Source: Gaiellaceae bacterium (GTDB taxonomy: Bacteria; Actinomycetota; Thermoleophilia; Gaiellales; Gaiellaceae). From it: a DNA stretch of 64,000 bases. Below the pieces are notes generated by a model. The model was not told where the DNA came from. It did no database searches and was given only the letters and a program-made list of their open reading frames with translations. The translations under genes and the position numbers were made by a program. Each line of letters starts with the position of its first letter. The stretch's first letter is position 1. The DNA lies in NCBI GenBank assembly GCA_035473395.1, contig DATIOF010000088.1, positions 196 to 64,195 of the forward strand. The letters are read 5' to 3'. Positions 37,653-49,269 of the stretch are shown here, piece after piece.

Positions 37653-38579
37653 ATGAAGCTCGAGGGCGTGCACCACGTCACCGCGATCACCGGCGACGCT
37701 CCGCGCAACGTCGACTTCTACGCCCGAGTCCTGGGCCTGCGCCTGGTCAAGAAGAGCGTCAACCAGGACGACCCGACCGTCTACCACCTCTTCTACGGCG
37801 ACGAGGAGGGCGCGCCGGGCAACGACGTCACCTTCTTCGAGTACCCGGGCGCGAGGCAGGGCACGGCCGGCGCCGGAATGGTGCACACGATCGGCTGGCG
37901 CGTCGCCTCGCCCGAGGCCGTCGACTTCTGGGAAAGCCGCCTGGCCGACGAGGGGATCGCGGGCGAGCGCTACCCCGACGGCAGCTTCGCCTTCCGCGAC
38001 CCCGAGGGCCTGCGGCACGCGCTGATTCCCGGCGAGAGCCCCGACGAGCCGCTGATCGCCGACCATCCCGAGGTGCCGAAGGAGTTCGCGCTGCAGGGCT
38101 TCCACGGCGTCCGTGCCTACGCGCACGACCCGGAGCAGAGCCGGCGCTTCCTCGAGGAGACGCTCGAATTCGACCCACAGGGCGAGATCGGCTGGGAGGT
38201 GCGCGGCGAGCACCGCGGCGGCCTCTACCTCTACGACCAGAGCGACGAGGTCGGCGTCCCCGGCGCGGGCACCGTGCACCACGTGGCCTGGGCCTCACCG
38301 ACCGAGGAGCAGGAGGCCTGGCAGCATCGCGTCGCCGAGAGCGGCGCTCACCCGACGCCCGTCATCGACCGTTACTACTTCAAGTCGGTCTACTTCCGCG
38401 AGCCGAGCGGCGTCCTCTTCGAGATCGCCACGATCGGCCCGGGGTTCACGGCCGACGAGCCGCTGGAGTCGCTCGGCGAGCACCTCTCGCTGCCGCCGAA
38501 CTACGAGCATCTGCGCGACCGGCTCGACGACGTGCTGACGCCGCTGCCGGATCCGCGCGCGCTTCGCTCCGGTAAATGA
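37653..38579 (+). CDS. Ring-cleaving dioxygenase / glyoxalase (VOC) family protein, two-module
   Basis: GVHHVTAITGDAPRNVDFYARVLGLRLVKKSVNQDDPTVYHLFYGD...GTVHHVAW...YFKSVYFREPSGVLFEIAT (MhqO/YfiE-like). Confidence 0.85.
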   Translation: MKLEGVHHVTAITGDAPRNVDFYARVLGLRLVKKSVNQDDPTVYHLFYGDEEGAPGNDVTFFEYPGARQGTAGAGMVHTIGWRVASPEAVDFWESRLADEGIAGERYPDGSFAFRDPEGLRHALIPGESPDEPLIADHPEVPKEFALQGFHGVRAYAHDPEQSRRFLEETLEFDPQGEIGWEVRGEHRGGLYLYDQSDEVGVPGAGTVHHVAWASPTEEQEAWQHRVAESGAHPTPVIDRYYFKSVYFREPSGVLFEIATIGPGFTADEPLESLGEHLSLPPNYEHLRDRLDDVLTPLPDPRALRSGK

Positions 38580-39193
38580 CGATCGCCCACCTGGAGCGGC
38601 CCGCCGAGGGAGAGCCGGCCGGCCTGCTCGTTCTCTTCCACGGCCGCGGCTCCGACGAGCGCGACCTCTTTCCGCTGCTCGACGAGCTCGACCCGCAACG
38701 GCGTCTGCTCGGCGTCACTCCGCGTGGCCCGCTTTCGCTGCCGCCGGGCGGCGCGCACTGGTACGCCTTTCAGGAGGTCGGCTATCCGGATCCGGCCACG
38801 TTCCGCGAGACCTACGCGGCGGTGGCGGAGTGGCTCGACGGCTTCGACTTCGAGCACCTTGTGCTGGGCGGCTTCTCGCAGGGCGCGGTGATGACTTACG
38901 CGCTCGGGCTCGGCGAAGGCCGTCCCCGGCCCGATGCGCTCGTCCCGCTGAGCGGCTTCATGCCGACCGTGCCCGGCTTCGAGCTCTCGCTGGAACCGCC
39001 CTTGCCGCCCGTCGCGATCGGCCACGGCACCTACGACCCGGTGATCTCGGTCGAGTTCAGCCGCACTGCGCGCGACCTGCTCGAGGCCGCCGGCGGCGAG
39101 GTGCTCTACCGCGAGTACCCGCTTCCCCACGCCGTCGACCCCGGTTTCCTTAGCGAGCTCGCGCCGTGGCTCGCCTCGAAGCTGCCTACCTGA
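38576..39193 (+). CDS. Phospholipase/carboxylesterase-family alpha/beta hydrolase
   Basis: LVLFHGRGSDERDL...LGGFSQGAVMTY...GHGTYDPVI. The ATG overlaps the upstream stop (ATGA). Confidence 0.85.
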   Translation: MTIAHLERPAEGEPAGLLVLFHGRGSDERDLFPLLDELDPQRRLLGVTPRGPLSLPPGGAHWYAFQEVGYPDPATFRETYAAVAEWLDGFDFEHLVLGGFSQGAVMTYALGLGEGRPRPDALVPLSGFMPTVPGFELSLEPPLPPVAIGHGTYDPVISVEFSRTARDLLEAAGGEVLYREYPLPHAVDPGFLSELAPWLASKLPT

Positions 39194-39365
39194 CGGGCGG
39201 CGCGTAGTCCGGCCGCCGCCGCGCGCGAAAGTCCGCCAGCCACGCGAGCGCTCGCAGGCCCATCCAGATCGGGGTCAGCAGGACGTAGAAGACGACGACG
39301 GCTGCGGCGAGGATCGACCACCACAGCGCCCAGCGCCAGATCGGTACCGGCGGCTTCGGCCTCAC
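39186..39365 (-). CDS. Unlisted 59-aa Trp-rich single-TM protein, translationally coupled to the PPDK regulatory protein gene
   Basis: Hand translation: (M)RPKPPVPIWRWALWWSILAAAVVVFYVLLTPIWMGLRALAWLADFRARRRPDYAPPVR. The GTG at 39365 overlaps the upstream stop (GTGA). GC3 is high. It falls below the ORF-track length cutoff. Confidence 0.55.
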   Translation of the reverse strand: MRPKPPVPIWRWALWWSILAAAVVVFYVLLTPIWMGLRALAWLADFRARRRPDYAPPVR

Positions 39366-40204
39366 GGGACGGGAGCTTGCTCCCGCGTCCCGGCCTCGGC
39401 GCGGCGCCGCTCGACGAGCCGGATCACGCGCGCGGCCGTTTCCTCGATCGAGAGGTCCGAGATCTCGATCACCGGGCAGCCGAGCCGGCGGTGGAGCGTC
39501 TCGGCCTCCTCCAGCTCGGCGTAGATCTCGAGCAGCTCGGCGTAGGCACGCTCGCCGCCGCCGAGTCGCCGCGCGCGCTGCTTCCGGATCTCGCGCAGCC
39601 GCTCCGCGTCGATCGTCAGGCCGACGATCTTGGTCGGGTCGATCGTGAACAGCGCCGAGGGCGGCTCGATCCCCTTCACGACCGGCACGTTCGCGGTCTT
39701 GTAGCCGAGGTAGCCGAGGTACATCGAGAGCGGCGTCTTCGAGGTGCGCGAGACGCCGACGAGCACCAGGTCCGCATCGTGCAGGCCCGCGCCGACGCCG
39801 TCGTCGTACTTGACCGCGAACTCGATCGCCGCGATCCGCTTGAAGTAGGCGGTATCCAGCGGCGGCCGCGCGCCGGGCGTCATCTTCGCGGCGACGCCGG
39901 CGACCCGCGCGACGGCCTCGATCGGATGGCCGAGCAGGTCGCAGTAGTGGAGCTTGTAGCGCCGGCAGATCGTGCGCGCCGCCTCGCGCAGCTCCGGGTG
40001 GACGAGCGTGTAGACGATCACGGCCGGCCGCCCCTTCGCGCGGTTGAGCGCCAGGTGCAGGTCGTCCACCGTCTCGACGCGCGGGTGGCGGATCTCCTCG
40101 AACTCCTGGTCCGGGAACTGGGCCTCGAGCGCGTGCACGAGCCGCACCGCCGTCTCGCCGGTGGAGTCGGAGATCACATGCAGCTCGACGGGAGGGCTGT
40201 TCAC
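39362..40204 (-). CDS. Pyruvate, phosphate dikinase regulatory protein (bifunctional kinase/pyrophosphorylase, DUF299)
   Basis: LHVISDSTGETA...YTLV...LVGVSRTSKTPLSMYLGYLGYKTANVP. Confidence 0.9.
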   Translation of the reverse strand: MNSPPVELHVISDSTGETAVRLVHALEAQFPDQEFEEIRHPRVETVDDLHLALNRAKGRPAVIVYTLVHPELREAARTICRRYKLHYCDLLGHPIEAVARVAGVAAKMTPGARPPLDTAYFKRIAAIEFAVKYDDGVGAGLHDADLVLVGVSRTSKTPLSMYLGYLGYKTANVPVVKGIEPPSALFTIDPTKIVGLTIDAERLREIRKQRARRLGGGERAYAELLEIYAELEEAETLHRRLGCPVIEISDLSIEETAARVIRLVERRRAEAGTREQAPVP

Positions 40205-40238
40205 CGGCAGGGAGGCTACCGCCGGGGCGCTTTCGGCC

Positions 40239-40853
40239 TCAGCGGCTGGCGCTGCCGACGATCAACGGGCGCTCGACCTTGGGCGCCTTCGGAACCTCGC
40301 CGTGCCTGACCGTTTCGATCCCGAGGGCAGACGCCTCGATCGCGGCGAGGGTCTCGCGGTTCGGGTTGCAGCCGACGAGGTTGTAGAGCGGCCTGACGCG
40401 ATCCTGCCACTTCGCGACGCCCGGGTCGTCGGAGCGGACGTGCTCGAGGAAGAGCAGCCGGCCGCTCGGCTTCAGGACGCGCGTGATCTCCTCCAGCGCG
40501 GCTTTCTGGTCGGGGACGCTGCAGAGCACGAAGGTCACGACGGCGGTGTCGAACGTCGCATCCGGGAAGGGAAGCCGCTCGGCGCCGGCGTCGACGATCT
40601 CCGCAGCCGGGACCACCTCTCCAGCGCGCCGTTCGAGCCGGCGGCGCATGTGCTCGTCGGGCTCGGCCAGCACCAGCCGCGTCACCGCCTCGGGGTAGTG
40701 CTCCAGATTGAGCCCGGTTCCTGCGCCGATCTCGAGCGTCACCCCTTCGGCGGAGGCCAGCAGCTTGCGTCGCTCCTCGCGCAGCCCGGCCTCCTCGGAC
40801 CCCTTGCTGACGGTGTCGTAAAAGGCCGCAAACAGACGTCGCCTGATCGCCAT
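40239..40853 (-). CDS. Class I SAM-dependent methyltransferase
   Basis: VTLEIGAGTGLNL...LPFPDATFDTAV...LKPSGRLLFLEH. ATG 40853 is preceded by GGAGG. Confidence 0.85.
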   Translation of the reverse strand: MAIRRRLFAAFYDTVSKGSEEAGLREERRKLLASAEGVTLEIGAGTGLNLEHYPEAVTRLVLAEPDEHMRRRLERRAGEVVPAAEIVDAGAERLPFPDATFDTAVVTFVLCSVPDQKAALEEITRVLKPSGRLLFLEHVRSDDPGVAKWQDRVRPLYNLVGCNPNRETLAAIEASALGIETVRHGEVPKAPKVERPLIVGSASR

Positions 40854-40917
40854 TCCGCCTCCGATGCTCGTCAGGAGGTCGGTGGCTGTCAAGCGGGACC
40901 CCGATAACGTAGAGCGC

Positions 40918-42267
40918 ATGTCGACCGACGTCGTCACGATGGACAAGATCGTCTCGCTCTGCCGGCGGCGCGGCTTCGTCTTCCCCTCTTCCGAGATCTA
41001 CGGCGGGCTCGGCTCGACGTACGACTACGGCCACTACGGCGTCCTGACGAAGAACAACATCCGCTCGCGCTGGTTCGACTCGATGGTGCAGGAGCGCGAC
41101 GACATCGTGGCGCTCGACTCCGCGGTGATCCTGAACCCGCTGGTCTGGGAGGCCTCGGGCCACGTCGAGGGGTTCACCGACCCGCTCGTCGACTGCCGCA
41201 CCTGCAAGCTGCGGTTTCGCGCCGACCGGCTGGAGGACTCGCACTGCGGCCGCAAGCCGAGCAAGAAGCCCGGCGAGACGCCGGACTGCGACCTGACCGA
41301 GGCGCGGCAGTTCAACCTGATGTTCGAGACGTCGGTCGGCGCGCTCACCGAGGAAGGCTCGAAGGCGTACCTGCGACCCGAGACGGCGCAGGGGATCTTC
41401 ATCAACTTCAAGAACGTCCTCCAGCTCGCGCGCCGGCGGCCGCCGTTCGGAATCGCCCAGGTCGGCAAGTCGTTCCGCAACGAGATCACGCCCGGGAACT
41501 TTCTCTTCCGGCTGCGCGAGTTCGAGCAGATGGAGATGGAGTTCTTCGTCCCGCCCGACGACGCCGAGCGCTGGCACGCCTACTGGATCGACGCGCGGCT
41601 CGCCTGGTACCACGGGCTCGGCCTGCGCGAGTCGCACCTGCGGGTGCGCGAGCACGGGCCGGAGGAGCGCTCGCACTACTCGCTCGCCACGAGCGACATC
41701 GAGTACCTCTACCCGATCGGCTGGTCGGAGCTCGAGGGCGTCGCGAACCGCGGCGACTACGACCTTCGCCAGCACACCGAGGCGTCGGGCACCAAGCTCG
41801 AGTACGTCGATCAGGACGGCTCGCGCTACACGCCGTTCGTGATCGAGCCGGCGGTGTCGATCGACCGGATTCTGCTCGCGCTGCTCGTGGACGCCTACGA
41901 CGAGGAGGTCGTCGAGGAGCGCGAGCGCACGGTGCTGCGATTCCATCCGGTCGTCGCGCCGGTGAAGGCCGCGATCCTGCCGCTGATCTCGAAGGAGGCC
42001 GCGGGGATGGTCGAGCCGGCGCGCAAGCTCTACGAGGAGCTCCGCCGTCACCACCTGGTCGAGTACGACGACGCCGGCAACATCGGGCGCCGCTACCGCC
42101 GGCAAGACGAGATCGGGACGCCGTGGGCGTTCACGATCGACGACGTGACGCTCGAGGACGGGACGGTCACGGTGCGCGACCGCGACTCGCTCGCGCAGGA
42201 GCGGCTGCCGCTCGAGGGCGTGCGCGCCTGGCTCGACGACGCGCTCGAGCGTCCCTGGTCTCGCTAG
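40918..42267 (+). CDS. glyQS: Glycine--tRNA ligase (dimeric GlyQS type)
   Basis: MDKIVSLCRRRGFVFPSSEIYGGLGSTYDYGHYG...LRPETAQGIFINF...FRNEITPGNFLFRLREFEQMEMEFF. Confidence 0.95.
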   Translation: MSTDVVTMDKIVSLCRRRGFVFPSSEIYGGLGSTYDYGHYGVLTKNNIRSRWFDSMVQERDDIVALDSAVILNPLVWEASGHVEGFTDPLVDCRTCKLRFRADRLEDSHCGRKPSKKPGETPDCDLTEARQFNLMFETSVGALTEEGSKAYLRPETAQGIFINFKNVLQLARRRPPFGIAQVGKSFRNEITPGNFLFRLREFEQMEMEFFVPPDDAERWHAYWIDARLAWYHGLGLRESHLRVREHGPEERSHYSLATSDIEYLYPIGWSELEGVANRGDYDLRQHTEASGTKLEYVDQDGSRYTPFVIEPAVSIDRILLALLVDAYDEEVVEERERTVLRFHPVVAPVKAAILPLISKEAAGMVEPARKLYEELRRHHLVEYDDAGNIGRRYRRQDEIGTPWAFTIDDVTLEDGTVTVRDRDSLAQERLPLEGVRAWLDDALERPWSR

Positions 42268-42334
42268 GCCCGGAAGAAATCCAGCGGCCGAGCCGTCCTG
42301 TTGGTGTCCTTTCCGTGGACGCCTGTCCGAGACA

Positions 42335-42356
42335 GCGGGCCCCTGGCCGGGCCCGC
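42335..42356. terminator. G/C hairpin between convergent glyQS and recO
   Basis: gcgggccc-ctggcc-gggcccgc read directly. Confidence 0.45.
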
Positions 42357-42365
42357 TCGTCTATT

Positions 42366-43106
42366 TCAGGAGGCGAGCGTCCGGAGGCGGAAGCCGCCGT
42401 GGTACTCGTACGACGCGGTGATCACGCCGAGCGCCTCGCGCGCCGCGCGTTCGCTCAGGCCGGCTTCGTGCGCCTCGGCAAGCGGCCGCTGCAGGAGGCC
42501 TTCGATCCCGAGCAGCCCCTCGTGCGAAAGCGGTAGCGCCCCGTTCGCGCAATCGGCGCAGACCGCACCGCCGGCGCGCGGCGAGTAGCCCGCGAGCCCG
42601 GTGTCGGCGCCGCAGTCGGCGCAGCTGGTCACGTGCGGCAGGTAGCCGGAGAGCCATAGCAGCTTGAGCTGGAACGAGAGCGCCAGCGGGTCCGCCTGCG
42701 GCCTCGCGTCGGCCGGCTCGAGCTCGTCGAGCAGCTCGAGGAAGCGCGCCAGCGCCCGGAAGGCGCGCTCGTTCGCCTCCTGCTCGGGAAACAGGCGCAA
42801 CATCGCCTCCGCCGCGACGAGCCCGACGTTGAGGCGGTACGGCTGCTCGCGCGCGGCATGGTGCGAGGCGAGCAGCGAGACGCCGGTGACCGTCTGCAGG
42901 TCGCCGCTGCCCTGGTGGAGCTGCAGCTCGACATGGCTGAGCGGCTCGAGGCGCGCGCCGAAGCGGGACTTCGTCTTGCGGACGCCCTTGGCGACCGCAC
43001 CCACGCGCCCGCGGTCGAGCGTGTAGACGTGCAGCACCCGGTCCGCCTCGCCGAGGCGAAACGAGCGCAGCACCACCGCCTCGGTGGAATAGGAGCGGCC
43101 GGCCAT
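42366..43106 (-). CDS. recO: DNA repair protein RecO
   Basis: STEAVVLRSFRLGEADRVLHVYTLDRGRVGAVAKGVRKTKSRFGARLEP...CADCG...CADC. The start is placed at Met24 of the track ORF. Confidence 0.92.
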   Translation of the reverse strand: MAGRSYSTEAVVLRSFRLGEADRVLHVYTLDRGRVGAVAKGVRKTKSRFGARLEPLSHVELQLHQGSGDLQTVTGVSLLASHHAAREQPYRLNVGLVAAEAMLRLFPEQEANERAFRALARFLELLDELEPADARPQADPLALSFQLKLLWLSGYLPHVTSCADCGADTGLAGYSPRAGGAVCADCANGALPLSHEGLLGIEGLLQRPLAEAHEAGLSERAAREALGVITASYEYHGGFRLRTLAS

Positions 43107-43152
43107 CCCGCGCTCAAGTGTAGATCCGGCCCAGGCCGGGGAACTCGCTCGC

Positions 43153-43404
43153 ATGGCCACGGTGCAGATGTACACGACCCGCTGGTGCGGCTACTGCGTC
43201 CGCGCGAAGACCTTGCTCGAGGCGCGCGGGATCGCGTTCGAGGAGATCTCGCTGGACGACGACCCCGCCTTTCGACGCCGCCTGCTCGACCTCACCGGCG
43301 GTTGGACCGTGCCGCAGATCCTGATCGACGGCCGGCCGGTGGGCGGCTACACCGAGCTCTGGCAGCTCGACCGCAGCGGCGAGCTCGAGCGTCTCGCCGC
43401 ATAG
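43153..43404 (+). CDS. Glutaredoxin
   Basis: 83 aa: VQMYTTRWCGYCVRAKTLLE...TVPQILIDGRPVGGYTEL. Confidence 0.9.
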   Translation: MATVQMYTTRWCGYCVRAKTLLEARGIAFEEISLDDDPAFRRRLLDLTGGWTVPQILIDGRPVGGYTELWQLDRSGELERLAA

Positions 43405-43407
43405 CGT

Positions 43408-43431
43408 GAGCGGGGCGCTTCCGCCCCGCTC
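43408..43431. terminator. 10-bp G/C hairpin after the glutaredoxin gene
   Basis: gagcggggcg-cttc-cgccccgctc, 4 nt after the stop. Confidence 0.5.
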
Positions 43432-43506
43432 GCCGCGTCGACCCCCACTCGTCCCCGACGCAATCAGCTATCGCCGCTCGCGTCCTCTCCGAAACGCGTA
43501 CGCGTA

Positions 43507-44340
43507 TCAGTTGTTCGCAACGTGCTGACAACCTGGACAGAACCAGGTGCCGCGGCCGGCGGCGCGGATCTTCTCGATCGGCCGCCCGCAGCGTTCGCAC
43601 GGCTCCCCCTCGCGCCCGTAGACCTTGAACTCGTGCTGCATCCGGCCGGAGCCGCCGTCCGGCGTGCGGTAGTCGCGCAGCGTCGCGCCCTGGCGCGCGA
43701 TCCCCGCGTTGAGCGCCGCGCGGATGCCTCGGTGGAGCGCGCGCAGCTCGTGCTCGCCGAGCTCGCCCGCCGGGCGTTGGGGGTGGATCCGCGCCCGCCA
43801 GAGCGCTTCGTCGGCGTAGATGTTCCCGACTCCGGCGAGCCGGCGCTGATCGAGGATCGCTGCCTTCACCGGCGCCCGGCGGCCGGCCAGCGTCTCACCC
43901 AGACGCTTGGTCGTGAACGCCTGCGCGAGCGGCTCTCGGCCCAGTCGCGCGTCGAGGTACGGCTCGGCCTCGCCAGGCTCGGCGAGCAGCCAGGTGCCGA
44001 AACGGCGGACGTCGCGATAGACCAGGGTCGTATCGTCGTCGAGCTCGACCACCGCACGCCGGTGCGGGTCGTCCTCGGAGACCTCGCCGACGTGCAGCAG
44101 ACTCCCGGTCATGCGCAGGTGCACGAGGAGGGCGCGGCCGGACTCAAAGCGGATGACTAGATACTTCCCGCGGCGCGCGACGGCCTCGACCCGCTCGCCC
44201 ACGAGCTCGGCGGCTACCTCGAGCGGGTCCTCAGGCCGCGTCAGGCGCGGGTCGAGGATCTCGACTCCGTCGAAGCGACGGCCGACGAGCACGGGCTCGA
44301 GGCGGCGGCGAACGGTCTCGACTTCGGGCAGCTCGGGCAC
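43507..44340 (-). CDS. mutM: Formamidopyrimidine-DNA glycosylase
   Basis: (M)PELPEVETVRRRL... from GTG 44340. C-terminal zinc finger CERCGRPI...FCPGCQ. The rest of track ORF 43507..44958 is junk. Confidence 0.93.
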   Translation of the reverse strand: MPELPEVETVRRRLEPVLVGRRFDGVEILDPRLTRPEDPLEVAAELVGERVEAVARRGKYLVIRFESGRALLVHLRMTGSLLHVGEVSEDDPHRRAVVELDDDTTLVYRDVRRFGTWLLAEPGEAEPYLDARLGREPLAQAFTTKRLGETLAGRRAPVKAAILDQRRLAGVGNIYADEALWRARIHPQRPAGELGEHELRALHRGIRAALNAGIARQGATLRDYRTPDGGSGRMQHEFKVYGREGEPCERCGRPIEKIRAAGRGTWFCPGCQHVANN

Positions 44341-44363
44341 GCCGCCAGCGTAATCCGGGCGGC

Positions 44364-45658
<1,295 letters not shown>

Positions 45659-45662
<4 letters not shown>

Positions 45663-46372
45663 GGGCGGGCGACGAACACGGTCGTCCTCGTCCGGGAACG
45701 GAAGGGGGCCTCGACGCTCGGCAGGGGCCGCGCCACAGCGTCGGCGAAGTACGTCGACTCGACGTAGCCGTGCACGTCGGTTTCGTCGGGGAAGACGAGG
45801 GCCGCATCGACGTCCTGCCGCTCGACCGTCGCAAAGTGGCGGCGTAGGAGCTGCTCGCCGTTCTCGCGCGAGAACTCGCGTAGCGGCAAGCCGAAGCCGA
45901 CGAGCTCCCAGACGTCCGCCATGTGCTCCGCGCCGATCGTCGTGGCGACGAGCGTCCCGTCGTCTTCGAGGACGCGCCGGAGCTCGCCGAGCGCCCGGTC
46001 GACATCGGGCACGTGGTAGAGCATCCAGTTTGCAGCCACGCAGTCGAACTCCGCGTCGGCGAACGCCAGCGCTTCCACATCGGCGACGCGCGCGTCCAGG
46101 CCACGTGCCAACGCAAGCTCGACCATGCGCGGCGAGAGGTCGGTCGCCACGACTTCGGCATTCGTCCGTTCGGCGACCGCCGCGGCGAACTCGCCCATGC
46201 CGCACCCGACCTCGAGCAGCCTGCGCGGCCGTGCCTGGACCACCGCCTCCACCGCAATATCGAAGGCGTTCGTGCCCTCGAGGAACCGGGCCTGCGCATC
46301 GCGCCGGGTCGCCAGCCCGTCTTCGGTCGCGTACTGCCGCTGCACCAGCTCGGGATCGTTGAGTCGCATCAT
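45659..46372 (-). CDS. Class I SAM-dependent methyltransferase
   Basis: LLEVGCGMGEFA...DAEFDCVAANWMLYHV...LEDDGTLV. The ATG overlaps the upstream stop (ATGA). Confidence 0.8.
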
Positions 46373-46707
46373 TTCGCTTCGAAGAGCTCGATCGGGTTGC
46401 CCCACGGATCTTCGACGAGGCGCCAGCTTCCCGCCGGCCCATCGACCCGCTCGCCACGCGCGGTCAGCCCTGCGGCCGCCTCCTCCAGCTCCGGCACGTC
46501 GAGCACGATCCTGTTCCAACCGCCCGGCACGGCTCCTGCCTGCCCCCTGCCCGAGCTGCCCGGCCCGCTCAGCCAGAGCTCGAGATCGCCGCGGTGCATG
46601 GTCGTCACCGGGCCGAAGGTCTTCCCCACGCCAAAGCCCAGCCGCTCGCTGTAGAAGCGGACGGCCTCGTCGAGATCGTCCACGAGATACCGAGCGACCG
46701 CGCTCAC
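46369..46707 (-). CDS. Glyoxalase/bleomycin-resistance (VOC) family protein
   Basis: 112 aa: [17 protein letters not shown]...[13 protein letters not shown]. The GTG overlaps the deoB stop (GTGA). Confidence 0.8.
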   Translation of the reverse strand: MSAVARYLVDDLDEAVRFYSERLGFGVGKTFGPVTTMHRGDLELWLSGPGSSGRGQAGAVPGGWNRIVLDVPELEEAAAGLTARGERVDGPAGSWRLVEDPWGNPIELFEAK

Positions 46708-47870
46708 GGCTCGAGAATCGGCTCCCCGGGCAGCCCGCGCCCGGGCTTGTCGCCGAGCCAGGCGTTGACCGTCGCGCCGACGTCCGAGAACACGCCGTCC
46801 TCGTAGATCCGCCCTGCCGCGTTGCGACCGTGGACGTAGGCGAGCAGGAGCGCGTGCTCGCGCGAGTGGTCGGTGGACGGCGTGGTCGGGTCGCAGCCGT
46901 GGTCGGAGGTGAGGATCAGGAGATCGCCGTCGCGCAAGACGTCGAGCAGGTCGGGCAGGCGGCGGTCGAAGTCCTGCAGGCAGCGGTGGAAGTTGACCGG
47001 GTCGTTTCGATGGCCCCAGAGCATGTCGGTCTCGACGAGGTTCACGAAGATCAGCCCCTCGTCGACCTCGCGCAGCAGCGCCTCGGTCTGCACGATCCCG
47101 TCGATGTTCGACTGCGTCGGCTGGGACGTGTCGATGTCCTGGCCGGCGAAGATGTCGCCGATCTTGCCGACGCCGTGAACGGTCTTGCCGGAGTCGCGCA
47201 CCAGCGTCAGGTAGTTCGGGCGCTTCGGCTGCAGCGAGAAGTCGTGCCGGTTCGCCGTCCGCTCATAGTGGCCGGGCTCGCCGACGAACGGCCGCGCGAT
47301 CACACGCCCCACCCCGTGCTTGCCGGTCAGGATCTGGCGCGCGATCCGGCAGCCCTCGTACAGCTCCTCGAGCGGGATCGTCTCCTCGTGCGCTGCAATC
47401 TGGAAGACGGAATCCGCCGACGTGTAGACGATCCACTTGCCCGTACGCTGATGCTCCTCGCCGAGCTCCTGGATGATCTCCGTGCCCGAGGCCGCCTTGT
47501 TGCCGAGCACGCCGCGGCCGGTGCGGTGCATGAACGGGTCGATCACGTCGTGCGGGAAGCCCTGCGGGTAGGTCGGGAACGCCGTCTCCGTGACGACGCC
47601 CATCAGCTCCCAGTGGCCCGCTGTCGTGTCCTTGCCCTTCGAGCGCTCCAGCAGGCGGCCCGCGACGGCCGGGGCGCCCGGCTGGGGAGGGCAGCCCTCG
47701 AGCGGCTCGATGTTCCCGAGCCCGAGCGCCTCGAGGTTTGGCAGGTCGAGACCGCCCACGGCGCGCGCGACATTGCCGAGCGTGTCGGAGCCCTCGTCAC
47801 CGTATGCAGCGGCATCCGGAAGCGCTCCCGCGCCCACGGCGTCCAGCACGATCACGCAAGCGCGCGGCAC
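46704..47870 (-). CDS. deoB: Phosphopentomutase
   Basis: [28 protein letters not shown]...[12 protein letters not shown]...[15 protein letters not shown]...[14 protein letters not shown]...LTSDHGCDP. Confidence 0.95.
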   Translation of the reverse strand: MPRACVIVLDAVGAGALPDAAAYGDEGSDTLGNVARAVGGLDLPNLEALGLGNIEPLEGCPPQPGAPAVAGRLLERSKGKDTTAGHWELMGVVTETAFPTYPQGFPHDVIDPFMHRTGRGVLGNKAASGTEIIQELGEEHQRTGKWIVYTSADSVFQIAAHEETIPLEELYEGCRIARQILTGKHGVGRVIARPFVGEPGHYERTANRHDFSLQPKRPNYLTLVRDSGKTVHGVGKIGDIFAGQDIDTSQPTQSNIDGIVQTEALLREVDEGLIFVNLVETDMLWGHRNDPVNFHRCLQDFDRRLPDLLDVLRDGDLLILTSDHGCDPTTPSTDHSREHALLLAYVHGRNAAGRIYEDGVFSDVGATVNAWLGDKPGRGLPGEPILEP

Positions 47871-47890
47871 GCGGCTATTCTAGGGCGGTA

Positions 47891-47998
47891 ATGGACGTCG
47901 TCCTCGGACTGCTCGGCCTGCTGGTCTTCATCGTGTGCGTGATCGCACTCGCCGCCGCGACGACCTGGGTCGTCGTGCGCATCAGCCCGGCCAAGTAG
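47891..47998 (+). CDS. Possible 35-aa hydrophobic peptide
   Basis: MDVVLGLLGLLVFIVCVIALAAATTWVVVRISPAK. GC3 is high. This is the last part of track ORF 47738..47998. It lies in the deoB/ald gap. The SD is weak. Confidence 0.35.
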   Translation: MDVVLGLLGLLVFIVCVIALAAATTWVVVRISPAK

Positions 47999-48004
47999 CC
48001 CGCC

Positions 48005-49129
<1,125 letters not shown>

Positions 49130-49180
49130 CGAGGCGAAAACCCTAGCTTCTCGGCGGCCGCACAAGCTGTGGAAGAACCG

Positions 49181-49263
49181 GCACACCTCCGGCACGGAGC
49201 GTCACAGACACGCGCGCCGACCCTGGATACGCTCGCCTCGGGGAGGAGGCCGGGCGAACCGTA
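49181..49263. repeat. Conserved intergenic motif, copy B
   Basis: gcacacctc, N11, gtcacagacacgcgcg, then the hairpin block with GGGGAGGAGGCCGGGCGAACCGTA. It lies between the DUF3866 stop and the ald start. Confidence 0.75.
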
Positions 49264-49269
49264 GTACGG

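Noticed and set aside
39106-39324. 72-aa minus-strand ORF from the track.
   Set aside because: It is Arg/Ala-rich and overlaps the esterase 3' end in a junk-like frame. The neighbouring frame (39186..39365) has the coding-like, hydrophobic, stop-coupled ORF instead.
43494-43505. Perfect 12-bp palindrome ACGCGTACGCGT just downstream of the mutM stop.
   Set aside because: It is short, single-copy and sits in a convergent terminator region. It is most simply part of terminator or spacer structure, and nothing else supports a protein-binding site.
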